Assembly: GCA_965261545.1 (NCBI GenBank)
Contig: CBDHDF010000011.1
Location: 32,001 to 96,000, forward strand
DNA: 64,000 nucleotides
Source: Bdellovibrionales bacterium
GTDB lineage: Bacteria; Bdellovibrionota; Bdellovibrionia; Bdellovibrionales; UBA1609
Direction: 5' to 3'
The notes below the pieces were generated by a model, which saw only the letters and a list, made by a program, of their open reading frames with translations, was not told the origin of the DNA and did not search any database. How positions within the stretch are numbered: position 1 is the first letter of the stretch; every line of letters starts with the position of its first letter. Positions 32,959 through 42,136 of this stretch are shown piece after piece. Position numbers and translations under genes: made by a program.

Positions 32959-34087
32959 AACAAACTTCCTCTGGCAACCTTGACAGCTGTGATAGCTGCC
33001 TTGGAGGCTTGTCATAAGCCGAAGTCAGTTGACCACAAGCTGCAAAGATATCTCTCCCCATGGTTTTACGACGTAAAACATGGGCGCCTCGATCCATCAA
33101 GCATTGTTGGAATTGGCTCACCCGCCTCTCTGAAGGTCTTTCAAAACCTGAATCGGGGTGCTCATTAAAAGGAATGATATTGATTTTACATGGAATGCCC
33201 TTTGTGAGAACAAAAAGCTTTTCAGCATCTGCAAGGGAGTCATTGACTCCTTTGAGAAGAACGTACTCAAGAGTGACTCGATCCCTCGCCTCTTGGGTGT
33301 GTTTTCGGCAGGCATCCAAAAGTTGAGCTATGGACCATTTTTTGTTGATGGGCATGATGCGAGTGCGAGTTTCGTCGTCCACGGCATTCAAACTCACAGC
33401 CAACCTTGCCCCAGAAGCTGTGACTTGGGAAATCATAGGGACAAGGCCCGATGTGGACACGGTGATTTTTTTTCTAGATAAATTCAAGCCCCAGCTTGAA
33501 TGTAAAATCTCAATACTTTTAAAAACGGCCTTGGGGTTATCTAGGGGCTCTCCCATTCCCATAAAAACAATATTTGTGATTCTTTGATTTTGACTCTGGT
33601 TCGGGTTCGGGCTCGGGCTCGAGTTCTGGCTCGGGTTCGGGCTCTGGGCCAAGGAGGCTGAGGCCATAAGGTATTGGCCTACGATTTCCCGAGCTTCAAG
33701 TTTGCGCTGCACCCTTTGCTTTCCTGTGAAACAAAACTTACAGCCCATATTGCATCCTACTTCAGAAGAGACACACAGGGTGAGGCGATTTTTCGATGGA
33801 ATCAATACAGATTCAATCGTCTTGCCCCCCTCCACCGCAAAGAGAAATTTGATCGTTCCATCTTCACTATCCAGGCGCTTCACCAGAGAGGGAAGGCTAA
33901 AGACGATTTGAGGTTGTATCTTGGCACGAAAGCTCTTTGCGAGGTCGGTCATATTGTCAAAAGAGGTTTCTCGGCGACCATACACCCACTTGAAAATCTG
34001 CGCCGCACGAAAACCCTTTTCATTCATTTTAACAAAGCGTTCCGTTAAGTCCTCAAGGCTATGGTCGTAAAATTCCAAAACTGACAT
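32945..34087 (-). CDS. rlmN: 23S rRNA/tRNA methyltransferase RlmN
   Basis: CNMGCKFC radical-SAM motif, MGMGEP, DIFAACGQL. Confidence 0.97.
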   Translation of the reverse strand: MSVLEFYDHSLEDLTERFVKMNEKGFRAAQIFKWVYGRRETSFDNMTDLAKSFRAKIQPQIVFSLPSLVKRLDSEDGTIKFLFAVEGGKTIESVLIPSKNRLTLCVSSEVGCNMGCKFCFTGKQRVQRKLEAREIVGQYLMASASLAQSPNPSQNSSPSPNPNQSQNQRITNIVFMGMGEPLDNPKAVFKSIEILHSSWGLNLSRKKITVSTSGLVPMISQVTASGARLAVSLNAVDDETRTRIMPINKKWSIAQLLDACRKHTQEARDRVTLEYVLLKGVNDSLADAEKLFVLTKGIPCKINIIPFNEHPDSGFERPSERRVSQFQQCLMDRGAHVLRRKTMGRDIFAACGQLTSAYDKPPRQLSQLSRLPEEVCYENS

Positions 34088-34187
34088 GACTCATCCTTAA
34101 CATAGGCTGTAACACTCTGCAATGACTGAGGGGCTTTCAATGTGAGTTTATCGCAGTGAATTCACCAGCTATGGCATCAGTTTTTTA

Positions 34188-34234
34188 ACGGTGGGGCCTG
34201 CTTGAATTCGTGGTTGCTGCCGATGAAGGCAACC
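34188..34234 (+). repeat. Degenerate 47-bp copy of 40450-40497 (NCS2 permease 3' region)
   Basis: Direct alignment shows 3 transitions and a 1-bp deletion over 48 bp. Confidence 0.9.
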
Positions 34235-34357
34235 AAAACAGAATTAGAAATGTTAGTCATCACAGGGGAGTCTCAATAGCAAGGAGGGAAGTTGCAGGCC
34301 ACAGCTGTGAAAACATACATTGACTTTACTCCAAAGCAAGATGAATAATTTTTACTT

Positions 34358-35311
34358 ATGAAAAAATCCCTTCCTCCCCTTTGCTTAACCCTTGATAACG
34401 CTTTTAAAGCATTTTTTAAACATGACCAGGGCTTGCTGAAGCCTTTGTTGCAGGATTTTCTTCCTTTGCCACCCGGTTGTCGGGTGGAGCATGTTCAACT
34501 GTTGGATACAGAGGAAAACTCTTCAGAGGCGAGCAAGCCTTCGGGAAAGACCTTCATCTTGGATATGAAGCTTCGCATTTCTCGACAATTGTCCAGTGGG
34601 GAGTGGGTCGAAAATGAAACTGTGAATGTGGAGATGCAAACCGTCTCCCAAAGAGACTTCACAAATCGCCTTCTTGCCTATGCGGGACGGGTCTACTCCA
34701 ATCAAGTGAAAGAAGGAGAAAAATACGAGAAATTAAGAACTGTTTACTCCCTTGTTTTCAGTACTGTGGACCTTCCTGAGCTACGCAAGGACAACGATTA
34801 TTACCACACATGCAGCATGAGGCAGGATAGATACCCTCATTTGAGGCTCACCGATGGTATGCAATTTGTCATTGTAGAATTGAACAAGTTCATTGGCAGG
34901 TTAGACAGCCTTGTTGACCAGCGTGAAGCGTGGTGCTATTTCTTAAAAAGATCGGATGAGTTGGATCAACAAACCAGCCAAGAGCTAGCCAAAAAAGGAA
35001 GGGACATGGGAAGAGCCGTCAAAAATTTGTGGAACTTGTCTCAAGACGAACTTATGCGAGAGCGACTTGAAGCTGAAGATAAGCAGCGTCGAGATCGTTT
35101 GTCACAGATCGACACAGCCCATGAAGAGGGGCGTGAAGAAGGGCGTGAAGAAGGGCGTGAAAGAGGACGTGAAGAAGGGCGTGAAAGAGGGCGAAGGGAA
35201 GAGAGAGAGGCCATTGCTTTAAAGATGATTTTAAAAGGACAGGAGGCTTTGGAGATATCCGAAGCAACAGGGCTTTCTGAAGACGAAATCAAGGCTCTCC
35301 AAAAAAAGTAA
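34358..35311 (+). CDS. Rpn family recombination-promoting nuclease (PD-(D/E)XK)
   Basis: DNAFKAFF, ILDMK, NVEMQ, RLLAYAGRVYS, FVIVELNKF; C-terminal EEGR repeats and HTH-like ISEATGLSEDEI. Confidence 0.92.
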   Translation: MKKSLPPLCLTLDNAFKAFFKHDQGLLKPLLQDFLPLPPGCRVEHVQLLDTEENSSEASKPSGKTFILDMKLRISRQLSSGEWVENETVNVEMQTVSQRDFTNRLLAYAGRVYSNQVKEGEKYEKLRTVYSLVFSTVDLPELRKDNDYYHTCSMRQDRYPHLRLTDGMQFVIVELNKFIGRLDSLVDQREAWCYFLKRSDELDQQTSQELAKKGRDMGRAVKNLWNLSQDELMRERLEAEDKQRRDRLSQIDTAHEEGREEGREEGRERGREEGRERGRREEREAIALKMILKGQEALEISEATGLSEDEIKALQKK

Positions 35312-35428
35312 AAATTTCTACAAAATAAGATTTACCTTCTAAAGCCCCACTCCTAAGCTCACTCACGGTGAAGCTTCCTTTCAAGACCATTGGGGAACTT
35401 CATACAAGAAATATTCGACTTCCGTGGA

Positions 35429-36466
35429 CTAAGTGTGAGTTTGCCTCAATATATATTGAATCAACTCATGTCTCCAGCATGGCACACAGCCCATTTGGCC
35501 GACCACAACTCCAGCGGCAAAGTTGGCGAGAATACAAGCCTTTTCCAGGCTCATTCCCGAAGTGATTCCCAAAGCTAAAGCTGCCACCACAGTGTCTCCT
35601 GCTCCAGTAACATCGTAAACCTCCCTGGCGTAGGTGGGAAGGTGCACAACTTCCTCTGGTGAGAACAAGCTCATTCCATCTTTTCCACGTGTGATAACAA
35701 GGAACTGGCACTTGAGGGCATCCATCAAACGAGAGCCTACTCCCAAGAGCATTTCGGGCTCATCAAACTCTTGCTCTTGGGTGAGGCAGGCCAACTCAAA
35801 AGCTTCTGTGCGATTGGGGGTCACAAAGTGAGCACGGCGGTAGTAACGGGAAGGGGTTGTTGGGGCGGGATCAACGAGAACTTTCTTATTGGACAACTGC
35901 GCCAAGCTAATGATTTCTTGAGTCACCAACTCTGTTAAGACCCCGTTGGCATAATCTTCTATGATAATGACATCAGATGTGGGGATCCACTTGGCTGCTT
36001 TCTCAATGAGTTGAGATTCCACGGAACTTGATAAAAATTGGCGGCGCTGAAAATCCACTCGGGCCACATGGTGATTTTCAGCGATAAGGCGAGATTTGCG
36101 TGTGGTCATGCGCTGGGGGTCTTCAATGAGATGTTTGGAGGAAACACCTTCGCTTTCCAAAAGCCTTTTAAAATGACTTCCAGTATCATCATCGCCAATG
36201 GCACCGATAAGTGTGACCTCTCCGCCAAGACTGGATACATTTTTGGCCACATTGGCGGCAAGGCCCAGGCGATGATTCTGACTCTTCACATCAAGCACAG
36301 GAACAGGAGCTTCTCGCGAAATTCGAGACACCTCCCCAAGGAGATATTCATCTAAACCCACGTCGCCAATCACAAGAATATGGCCCGATAGGGACTCTTC
36401 CAGCTGATCCAGTATTTGTAGCTGCACTTCTTTTAATTGTGGTGATGTTAGTATTCTCTCCACCAT
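35429..36466 (-). CDS. rfaE1: D-glycero-beta-D-manno-heptose-7-phosphate kinase (stand-alone HldE kinase domain)
   Basis: RISREAPVPV, AANVAKN, TPNRTEA, VYDVTGAGDTV. Confidence 0.9.
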   Translation of the reverse strand: MVERILTSPQLKEVQLQILDQLEESLSGHILVIGDVGLDEYLLGEVSRISREAPVPVLDVKSQNHRLGLAANVAKNVSSLGGEVTLIGAIGDDDTGSHFKRLLESEGVSSKHLIEDPQRMTTRKSRLIAENHHVARVDFQRRQFLSSSVESQLIEKAAKWIPTSDVIIIEDYANGVLTELVTQEIISLAQLSNKKVLVDPAPTTPSRYYRRAHFVTPNRTEAFELACLTQEQEFDEPEMLLGVGSRLMDALKCQFLVITRGKDGMSLFSPEEVVHLPTYAREVYDVTGAGDTVVAALALGITSGMSLEKACILANFAAGVVVGQMGCVPCWRHELIQYILRQTHT

Positions 36467-36568
36467 GCCTACGCTTCTATTATTGTTTTAGCCAATGGGC
36501 AATGGTCAAGAGCCAATGATCCATCAAAATAACGCTTCACAAGAACTCTGCTATAATTCTTGTAAGGC

Positions 36569-37171
36569 TTAGTCGTAATCCCAAAGTACCCCTAAGTCTA
36601 ACTCGATGGCTTCAAATGGCGGAGCTAAAACCTTATCGCTCCCTGTAAAACCTATCTCCATTCGATAGGTTTGATCTTGAAAAGCAAAAACCTCCAAAGT
36701 TCGACCAATGGGGTCTATCACCCAATAATAAGGAATTTCATTAACAGCATATATGCGCATCTTTAACACCCTGTCATAACGAACTGTTGATGGAGACAAA
36801 ACCTCACAAACCCAATCTGGAGGCAACTCGAAATAAGCTGTTTCTGGAAGCTTTGGAAGACGATCCCTTTTCCAACCTGCTAAATCAGGGACAACAGTGT
36901 TTTTTTTCTCTCTCTTTTGAGCAGGTTTTTCAAAATGAAGTTCTGGTTCATCAAGAATCCACCAACCCCCTGGACCACCATTTCCTAATTGAAAAGGTCC
37001 TCCAATTTGAAGCCCTAAAATTGACGAAGTAGCTATATGCCTTGGAGCAGGTCTAGGTGATACAATTAACTCATCATTAAAAATTTCACCTACAAAATTT
37101 CCTGGTAAATCGCATAATTCCTCCCACAAACTTGAATATGTCTTTGTCTTTACTTTTTCTGCTTTACTCAT
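36569..37171 (-). CDS. Uma2 (DUF820) family endonuclease
   Basis: SPRPAPRH, VVPDLAGW, PDWVCEVLSPST, YWVIDP. Start taken at ATG 37171. Confidence 0.92.
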   Translation of the reverse strand: MSKAEKVKTKTYSSLWEELCDLPGNFVGEIFNDELIVSPRPAPRHIATSSILGLQIGGPFQLGNGGPGGWWILDEPELHFEKPAQKREKKNTVVPDLAGWKRDRLPKLPETAYFELPPDWVCEVLSPSTVRYDRVLKMRIYAVNEIPYYWVIDPIGRTLEVFAFQDQTYRMEIGFTGSDKVLAPPFEAIELDLGVLWDYD

Positions 37172-37239
37172 AATATGACTCCCATGAAGTAACCTGGTCT
37201 TGAGCTTTGGATCGAACCCACCCCGCATGTACCTGCACT

Positions 37240-37698
37240 CTAAGTGTCTAGAGCTTTTTGTCTCTGTGATTCTAAGGCTTCTGTGATCTGATGAATGTGA
37301 ATTTTGTTGGTTTCTGGCATTTTTAAGTTGAGTAGATCGGTGGGAGCCATCCACTGAAGGTTAATATGGTAAATAGGCTGGGGGTCTCCCTTCCATGAGG
37401 AGATACTATAGAACAGAAGGAGAATATGGTTTAAGTTCTCTTGATGATTTAAGCTCTCTTGATTTATATGGTAGGTGAGAGCGAGTTTAAGGTCACCCAC
37501 TTCAACCTCAAGGCCGAGTTCTTCATGGAGTTCTCTGGCGAGGGCCTTTTGCGGAGATTCTCTCCCTTCTATTTTTCCACCTGGAAATTCCCAGACCCCA
37601 GCAAGAGAGTCCGATGCTGGGCGCTGCCCGAGAAGAACTTGGTCGTTTTTTCTGATAAACCCTGCCACCACAGGGATCCATAAGGCTCGCTTTTCCAT
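37240..37698 (-). CDS. mutT: NUDIX (d)NTP pyrophosphohydrolase, MutT-like
   Basis: WEFPGGKIE…ALARELHEELG Nudix box. Confidence 0.85.
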   Translation of the reverse strand: MEKRALWIPVVAGFIRKNDQVLLGQRPASDSLAGVWEFPGGKIEGRESPQKALARELHEELGLEVEVGDLKLALTYHINQESLNHQENLNHILLLFYSISSWKGDPQPIYHINLQWMAPTDLLNLKMPETNKIHIHQITEALESQRQKALDT

Positions 37699-37708
37699 TA
37701 GGTTTCCA

Positions 37709-38749
37709 TCAAATTTGAAGTTTCATATACTGAGCCACTTGGCGAAAAAAGAAGGGGCCATGAAAAACCAGCGCTGAATACACTTGAACAAGGTTCGCTC
37801 CCATTTCCAAGCGCTCCATAACATCCTTGGGTTCCATCACCCCTCCACAGGACACCAAAAGTTTTCCTTGTTTTTTTTCTCCCAAAAAACTGACGGCGGA
37901 TCGAAGGCTTTTTTTTGATAAATTGGCAAGGGGGAGACCCGAAATGCCCCCCTGGGAAGGAAAGGATGCCCCATGGCTGGCTCTAGATTTAGATGATGTA
38001 GATGTTGATGTTGATACAGATGTAGATGCGGATGTGGTATTGGTGAATATCCACCCATCTAAACCTAAATCTAGCGAAGTTGTTAAAACACTGTGCAGTT
38101 GCTCCTCAGATAAATCGGGGCTGATCTTGAGCAAAAGAGGTGGTGAAAGCGAAGAGCTTGAGTGACAAGATTCAACAATAGGTTTTAAAAACTTTGATAG
38201 ATTCTCAGCCTTTAAAAGGTCTCTCAGCTGCTCTGTGTTCGGACTGCTCACATTGAGTACAAAGGCATCGGCATAGTCTTCAAGCTTTTGGATGCATTGA
38301 ATATAGTCCATGTGGGCCATATCCAAGGGAGTGTGGTGATTTTTTCCAATATTGACAAAGATCGGTGTAAAGTGAGGTTGGTAGAGGGGCTTTATTTTGC
38401 TAAGGACATGCTCAACTCCCTTGCTGGGGAAACCCATGTGATTCCAAAGGCTTTTTGAGGAAATATTGCGATCCATGGTCTTTCCTGGGTGGCCCTCCTG
38501 GGATTTAGGTGTCACGGTGCCCACTTCAATAAATCCTGGTCCAAGGTTCCACCAAGAATGAATATGGTCTGCATCTTTGTCCATGCCTCCAGCGATTCCC
38601 AGGGGGTTGGTGAACTCGATTTCACGCCAGGTCATAGGTTTCCAGGTGAGAGTTTGAGGGGAGCTGATTTTCTTGTACAAAGATAGAAACAAGGGGCTCC
38701 ACTTGTGTGCTGTTTGTGCCGGCAACCACATCCATGGTTTTACTTTCAT
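37709..38749 (-). CDS. pyrD: Quinone-dependent dihydroorotate dehydrogenase
   Basis: GIAGGMDKD, EVGTVTP, NIGKN, NVSSPNT, LKISPD, GGISG. Confidence 0.96.
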   Translation of the reverse strand: MKVKPWMWLPAQTAHKWSPLFLSLYKKISSPQTLTWKPMTWREIEFTNPLGIAGGMDKDADHIHSWWNLGPGFIEVGTVTPKSQEGHPGKTMDRNISSKSLWNHMGFPSKGVEHVLSKIKPLYQPHFTPIFVNIGKNHHTPLDMAHMDYIQCIQKLEDYADAFVLNVSSPNTEQLRDLLKAENLSKFLKPIVESCHSSSSLSPPLLLKISPDLSEEQLHSVLTTSLDLGLDGWIFTNTTSASTSVSTSTSTSSKSRASHGASFPSQGGISGLPLANLSKKSLRSAVSFLGEKKQGKLLVSCGGVMEPKDVMERLEMGANLVQVYSALVFHGPFFFRQVAQYMKLQI

Positions 38750-38909
38750 GAGTCTACCCTCCCTTGATTCCTAATTTAACAGAAAAAAAATCATAGAAGA
38801 AGTATATAAATCATAAAAGGAAGTTTATAAATCATAAAAAAAGTTTACAATAGCTGAGGTATTTTCATATCACTTGTCATATTTTTCCTGTTATTTTATA
38901 CATGACTCC

Positions 38910-40682
38910 ATGATATCCAAAGATTCCGACCACGGCTCAAGCATTCGTTATCAACCTGACGAAACTCCTCCGAAAATACTTTCACTGGCTCTCGGTTTTC
39001 AGCTTGTCGCTATCACTGTTGCTGGCGTGGTGTTGACGCCAGCCATCGTCATCCGGGCAGCAGGCGAGAGTGAACTCTTCTTGTCATGGGCTGTGTTTGC
39101 TGCTGTCGTCGTCGCAGGCCTAACCACCGTATTGCAAGCGGTCCGAATAGGTCGGTTTGGCGCTGGTTATGTGCTTATGATGGGCACATCGGGGGCGTTT
39201 ATCGCCGTCTGTATTACAGCCATTGCCAAAGGCGGCCCGGCGATGCTCGCCACTCTGGTCATCATTTCCTCGTTCTTCCAGTTCATGCTTGCGACGCGAC
39301 TCTCGTTGTTCCGGCAAGTTCTGACCCCGACTGTCGCCGGAACGGTACTCACGCTCATACCCGTTACGGTGATGCCAATCGTCTTTGATATGCTGAATAA
39401 AATGCCAGAAGGCGCACCAAAATTTGCTGGGCCAGTGACTGCTTTGATGACCATGGTTATCACTGTCGGTATGGCGCTAAAGGCCAAGGGGCAATTAAGG
39501 CTCTGGGTACCGGTCATTGGCGTCGTTATCGGTTCAGTGGTTGCCGGATTTTTCGGCATTTACGATTCCAATCTCGTACTCAGCGCCTCATGGGTTGGTT
39601 TGCCCGATGGCAGTTGGCCCGGTTTGGATTTAAGTTTCGGCCCGGTTTTCTGGACACTGCTTCCCCCATTCGTATTTGTCACCTTGATCGGTGCCATAGA
39701 AACGGTCGGCGACTCTATCGCCATCCAACACGTCTCCTGGCGCAAGCCCCGGGCCGTGGATTTTCGGGCGGTACAGGGTGCTGTAGGGGCCGACGGAGTG
39801 GGCAACCTGTTGTCTGGTCTCGCCGGGACGGTACCAAATACGACTTATTCAACCAGCATTGCAGTGGTCGAATTGACAGGGATTGGAGCACGCAGTGTCG
39901 GTGTCGCCACGGGTGCGTTATTCATTGTGCTGGCATTCCTGCCCAAAGCACTCGCAGTCATTCTGGCTATTCCGGATCAGGTGGTTGCGGCCTATCTTAC
40001 CGTGGTCTTGGCGCTTATCTTCATACTTGGCATGAAAATGATCATTCAAGATGGAATCAACTATCGTACTGGCCTGATTGCCGGAGTCTCATTCTGGGTC
40101 GGATTTGGTTTCGAAACCAATTCGATTTTTCCCGAATTTTTCTCGGAATTTGCCGGAGGATTCTTGCAAAATGGAATTACGGCTGGCGGTTTGACAGCAA
40201 TTATTTTGACTCTGTTCCAGAGGATAGGAGTCTCCCGGAGTCGCCGGATCGAAACAAAATTGGATACTTCGGCGCTACCAAACATCAGAGAGTTTCTGGA
40301 AGCATTCGCATCCCACAACCGCTGGGATCAGGCGATGATGACTCGACTCAACATCGCCAGTGAGGAGACACTGTTGACGCTCCTGCAAAAAAGTGAAGCC
40401 ATTGGGAGCCGTGAGTCCCGGAGATTGAGTCTGGTTGCACGGAAGGAGGACGGTGGGGCCGTGCTTGAATTCGTGGCTGCCGCCGGTGAAGGCAACCTCC
40501 AGGATCAAATAGCGCTACTCAGTGAGCAACCCGTTGATGCCCCTCCCGTAGAAAAGGAGATATCACTTCGTCTATTGCGGCACGTCGCATCTTCGGTTCT
40601 ACATCAGCAATACCATAACACGGATATCGTGACTGTCCGCGTGGACGCTCCGAAACCCGTTCGCGGCGAAGTCACCTCTTAG
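38910..40682 (+). CDS. NCS2 (xanthine/uracil permease) transporter with C-terminal HATPase-like domain
   Basis: YQPDETPP, about 13 TM segments, IETVGD, ADGVGNLLSGL; soluble ~150-aa tail. Confidence 0.85.
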   Translation: MISKDSDHGSSIRYQPDETPPKILSLALGFQLVAITVAGVVLTPAIVIRAAGESELFLSWAVFAAVVVAGLTTVLQAVRIGRFGAGYVLMMGTSGAFIAVCITAIAKGGPAMLATLVIISSFFQFMLATRLSLFRQVLTPTVAGTVLTLIPVTVMPIVFDMLNKMPEGAPKFAGPVTALMTMVITVGMALKAKGQLRLWVPVIGVVIGSVVAGFFGIYDSNLVLSASWVGLPDGSWPGLDLSFGPVFWTLLPPFVFVTLIGAIETVGDSIAIQHVSWRKPRAVDFRAVQGAVGADGVGNLLSGLAGTVPNTTYSTSIAVVELTGIGARSVGVATGALFIVLAFLPKALAVILAIPDQVVAAYLTVVLALIFILGMKMIIQDGINYRTGLIAGVSFWVGFGFETNSIFPEFFSEFAGGFLQNGITAGGLTAIILTLFQRIGVSRSRRIETKLDTSALPNIREFLEAFASHNRWDQAMMTRLNIASEETLLTLLQKSEAIGSRESRRLSLVARKEDGGAVLEFVAAAGEGNLQDQIALLSEQPVDAPPVEKEISLRLLRHVASSVLHQQYHNTDIVTVRVDAPKPVRGEVTS

Positions 40683-40900
40683 GGAAAAATTATGAGATAA
40701 TACGCCTCAACTCATTTGTTTTATTGTGAGACGCTTTCAGGATTTTTATTTTTTTGTGAACTTGACTATGCTATGATTTAGCTATATTGGGCCTCGAACC
40801 TAACTCTTATGTGTTTCTTAAGTATTTATTTATGAGGTCATACGCATTCACTGCTCCTCTTTAACTTTATAGGACAAGTCAATTAACCAAGGTGAGTTCA

Positions 40901-42136
40901 ATGTCTAATTTCCTAGCTCCACACTCCAAAGCAGATAGTTTTTCTTGCAGAGTTAAGGCTCAGTGCGGCTTTACTCTCACATCCACTCTTATGGCGGTGG
41001 GTATTACATCGCTAACATTTATGGCTGTCATGGGAATGATAAACTTTCAAGGCTTAGAGTCAAAAGCTATCAAGCAACAACTCGTCAGAAGCTCAGCCCA
41101 TTATCACATTTTACAATCTCTTATAAATGAAGGTAACTGTAAATGTCTTATGAGTTCTCATCAAATTACAGACAAGCAACAACAGTATGATTTAAAAACT
41201 ATATACAGTAGCTATACTAATTCGTCAGCCTGCACGTCCGATGCCTCCAATATTATAGTCACCAGCGAATCAACCCAACAAAAAAATGAGGAAGGGTTAA
41301 GCATCGCCTCTGTGGTTCTAGATGATGTGACAAAAGGGGGGAGCCTAGGACCAATCGCTTCTGGCTCGCCAAGTCCCACTTACACTGGTTACCAAGGGAA
41401 AATCATAATCACTTATAATCATCAGTATATGGTACGGGTGCTAAAACCTATCACCATTCCCATTTTACTAACAGTGGACTCTTCAGGCTCCCCAGGGAAT
41501 GTGAGAGTCTGTGGGGCCAAGACAGATTTATCAGGAGTCACAGCAAGAGTTGTTGTCATGGAGGAGCAGATAACAGGAGGGTCTGCCCCTATTGCAAATC
41601 CTGTCACGCCCACATCCCTGACCGGTCGTGTGATTGCTTTGGAGAAGCGTGTGACAAGTTTAGTTAACTACATAGATAAGTATGTGCTTGATACGAATCT
41701 TCAAATACAAAACCATCATAAGCAGATAATAGAAATCTTCAAGTTACTGAAAAAGCCCCATAAACACAAGCTACTCACTGCGACATCTCCCTCGCGTTCT
41801 ACTTCAATAAGTACTGGAGGAGCTAATTCACACTCACATAGTGCGTCAAATCATGGGCACGGCAGTCATGCCCACACGCTGGACGACTACCACCCCCCCA
41901 TCCTGCCGCCGCCGCCGCCGCCCCCGCCGCCACCGCCAGTATTGTGCTCCTGTACCACTACCCAGACAAAATGGCAGACCAACGATGGCAGGAGGTGTTC
42001 TCTTCACCAAAGCAGACGTACATGCACTGGAAAAAACCAATGTGGTAATAACGGTAATAACCCTTGCGAACAACTCTCATGCTCTGCATGGGCTAGGATT
42101 GGCGTCGGAAGAAGCACAGGTAACTGTGGCCGATGA
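40901..42136 (+). CDS. Prepilin-type protein with coiled coil, HxH repeats, poly-Pro and Cys-rich tip
   Basis: G|FTLTSTLMAVGI class III signal followed by a mosaic C-terminal half. Confidence 0.75.
   Translation: MSNFLAPHSKADSFSCRVKAQCGFTLTSTLMAVGITSLTFMAVMGMINFQGLESKAIKQQLVRSSAHYHILQSLINEGNCKCLMSSHQITDKQQQYDLKTIYSSYTNSSACTSDASNIIVTSESTQQKNEEGLSIASVVLDDVTKGGSLGPIASGSPSPTYTGYQGKIIITYNHQYMVRVLKPITIPILLTVDSSGSPGNVRVCGAKTDLSGVTARVVVMEEQITGGSAPIANPVTPTSLTGRVIALEKRVTSLVNYIDKYVLDTNLQIQNHHKQIIEIFKLLKKPHKHKLLTATSPSRSTSISTGGANSHSHSASNHGHGSHAHTLDDYHPPILPPPPPPPPPPPVLCSCTTTQTKWQTNDGRRCSLHQSRRTCTGKNQCGNNGNNPCEQLSCSAWARIGVGRSTGNCGR

Noticed and set aside
34145..34178. Second fragment similar to permease region ~39196-39228
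   Set aside because: Only about 21/33 identity, which is compatible with chance.
35120..35205. EEGR 12-bp repeats in Rpn as part of the host repeat phenomenon
   Set aside because: Such repeats are a normal feature of Rpn-family C-termini.
37195..37240. tRNA fragment / att site (GGGTTCGATCC on the minus strand)
   Set aside because: No complete T-stem or acceptor stem can be formed.
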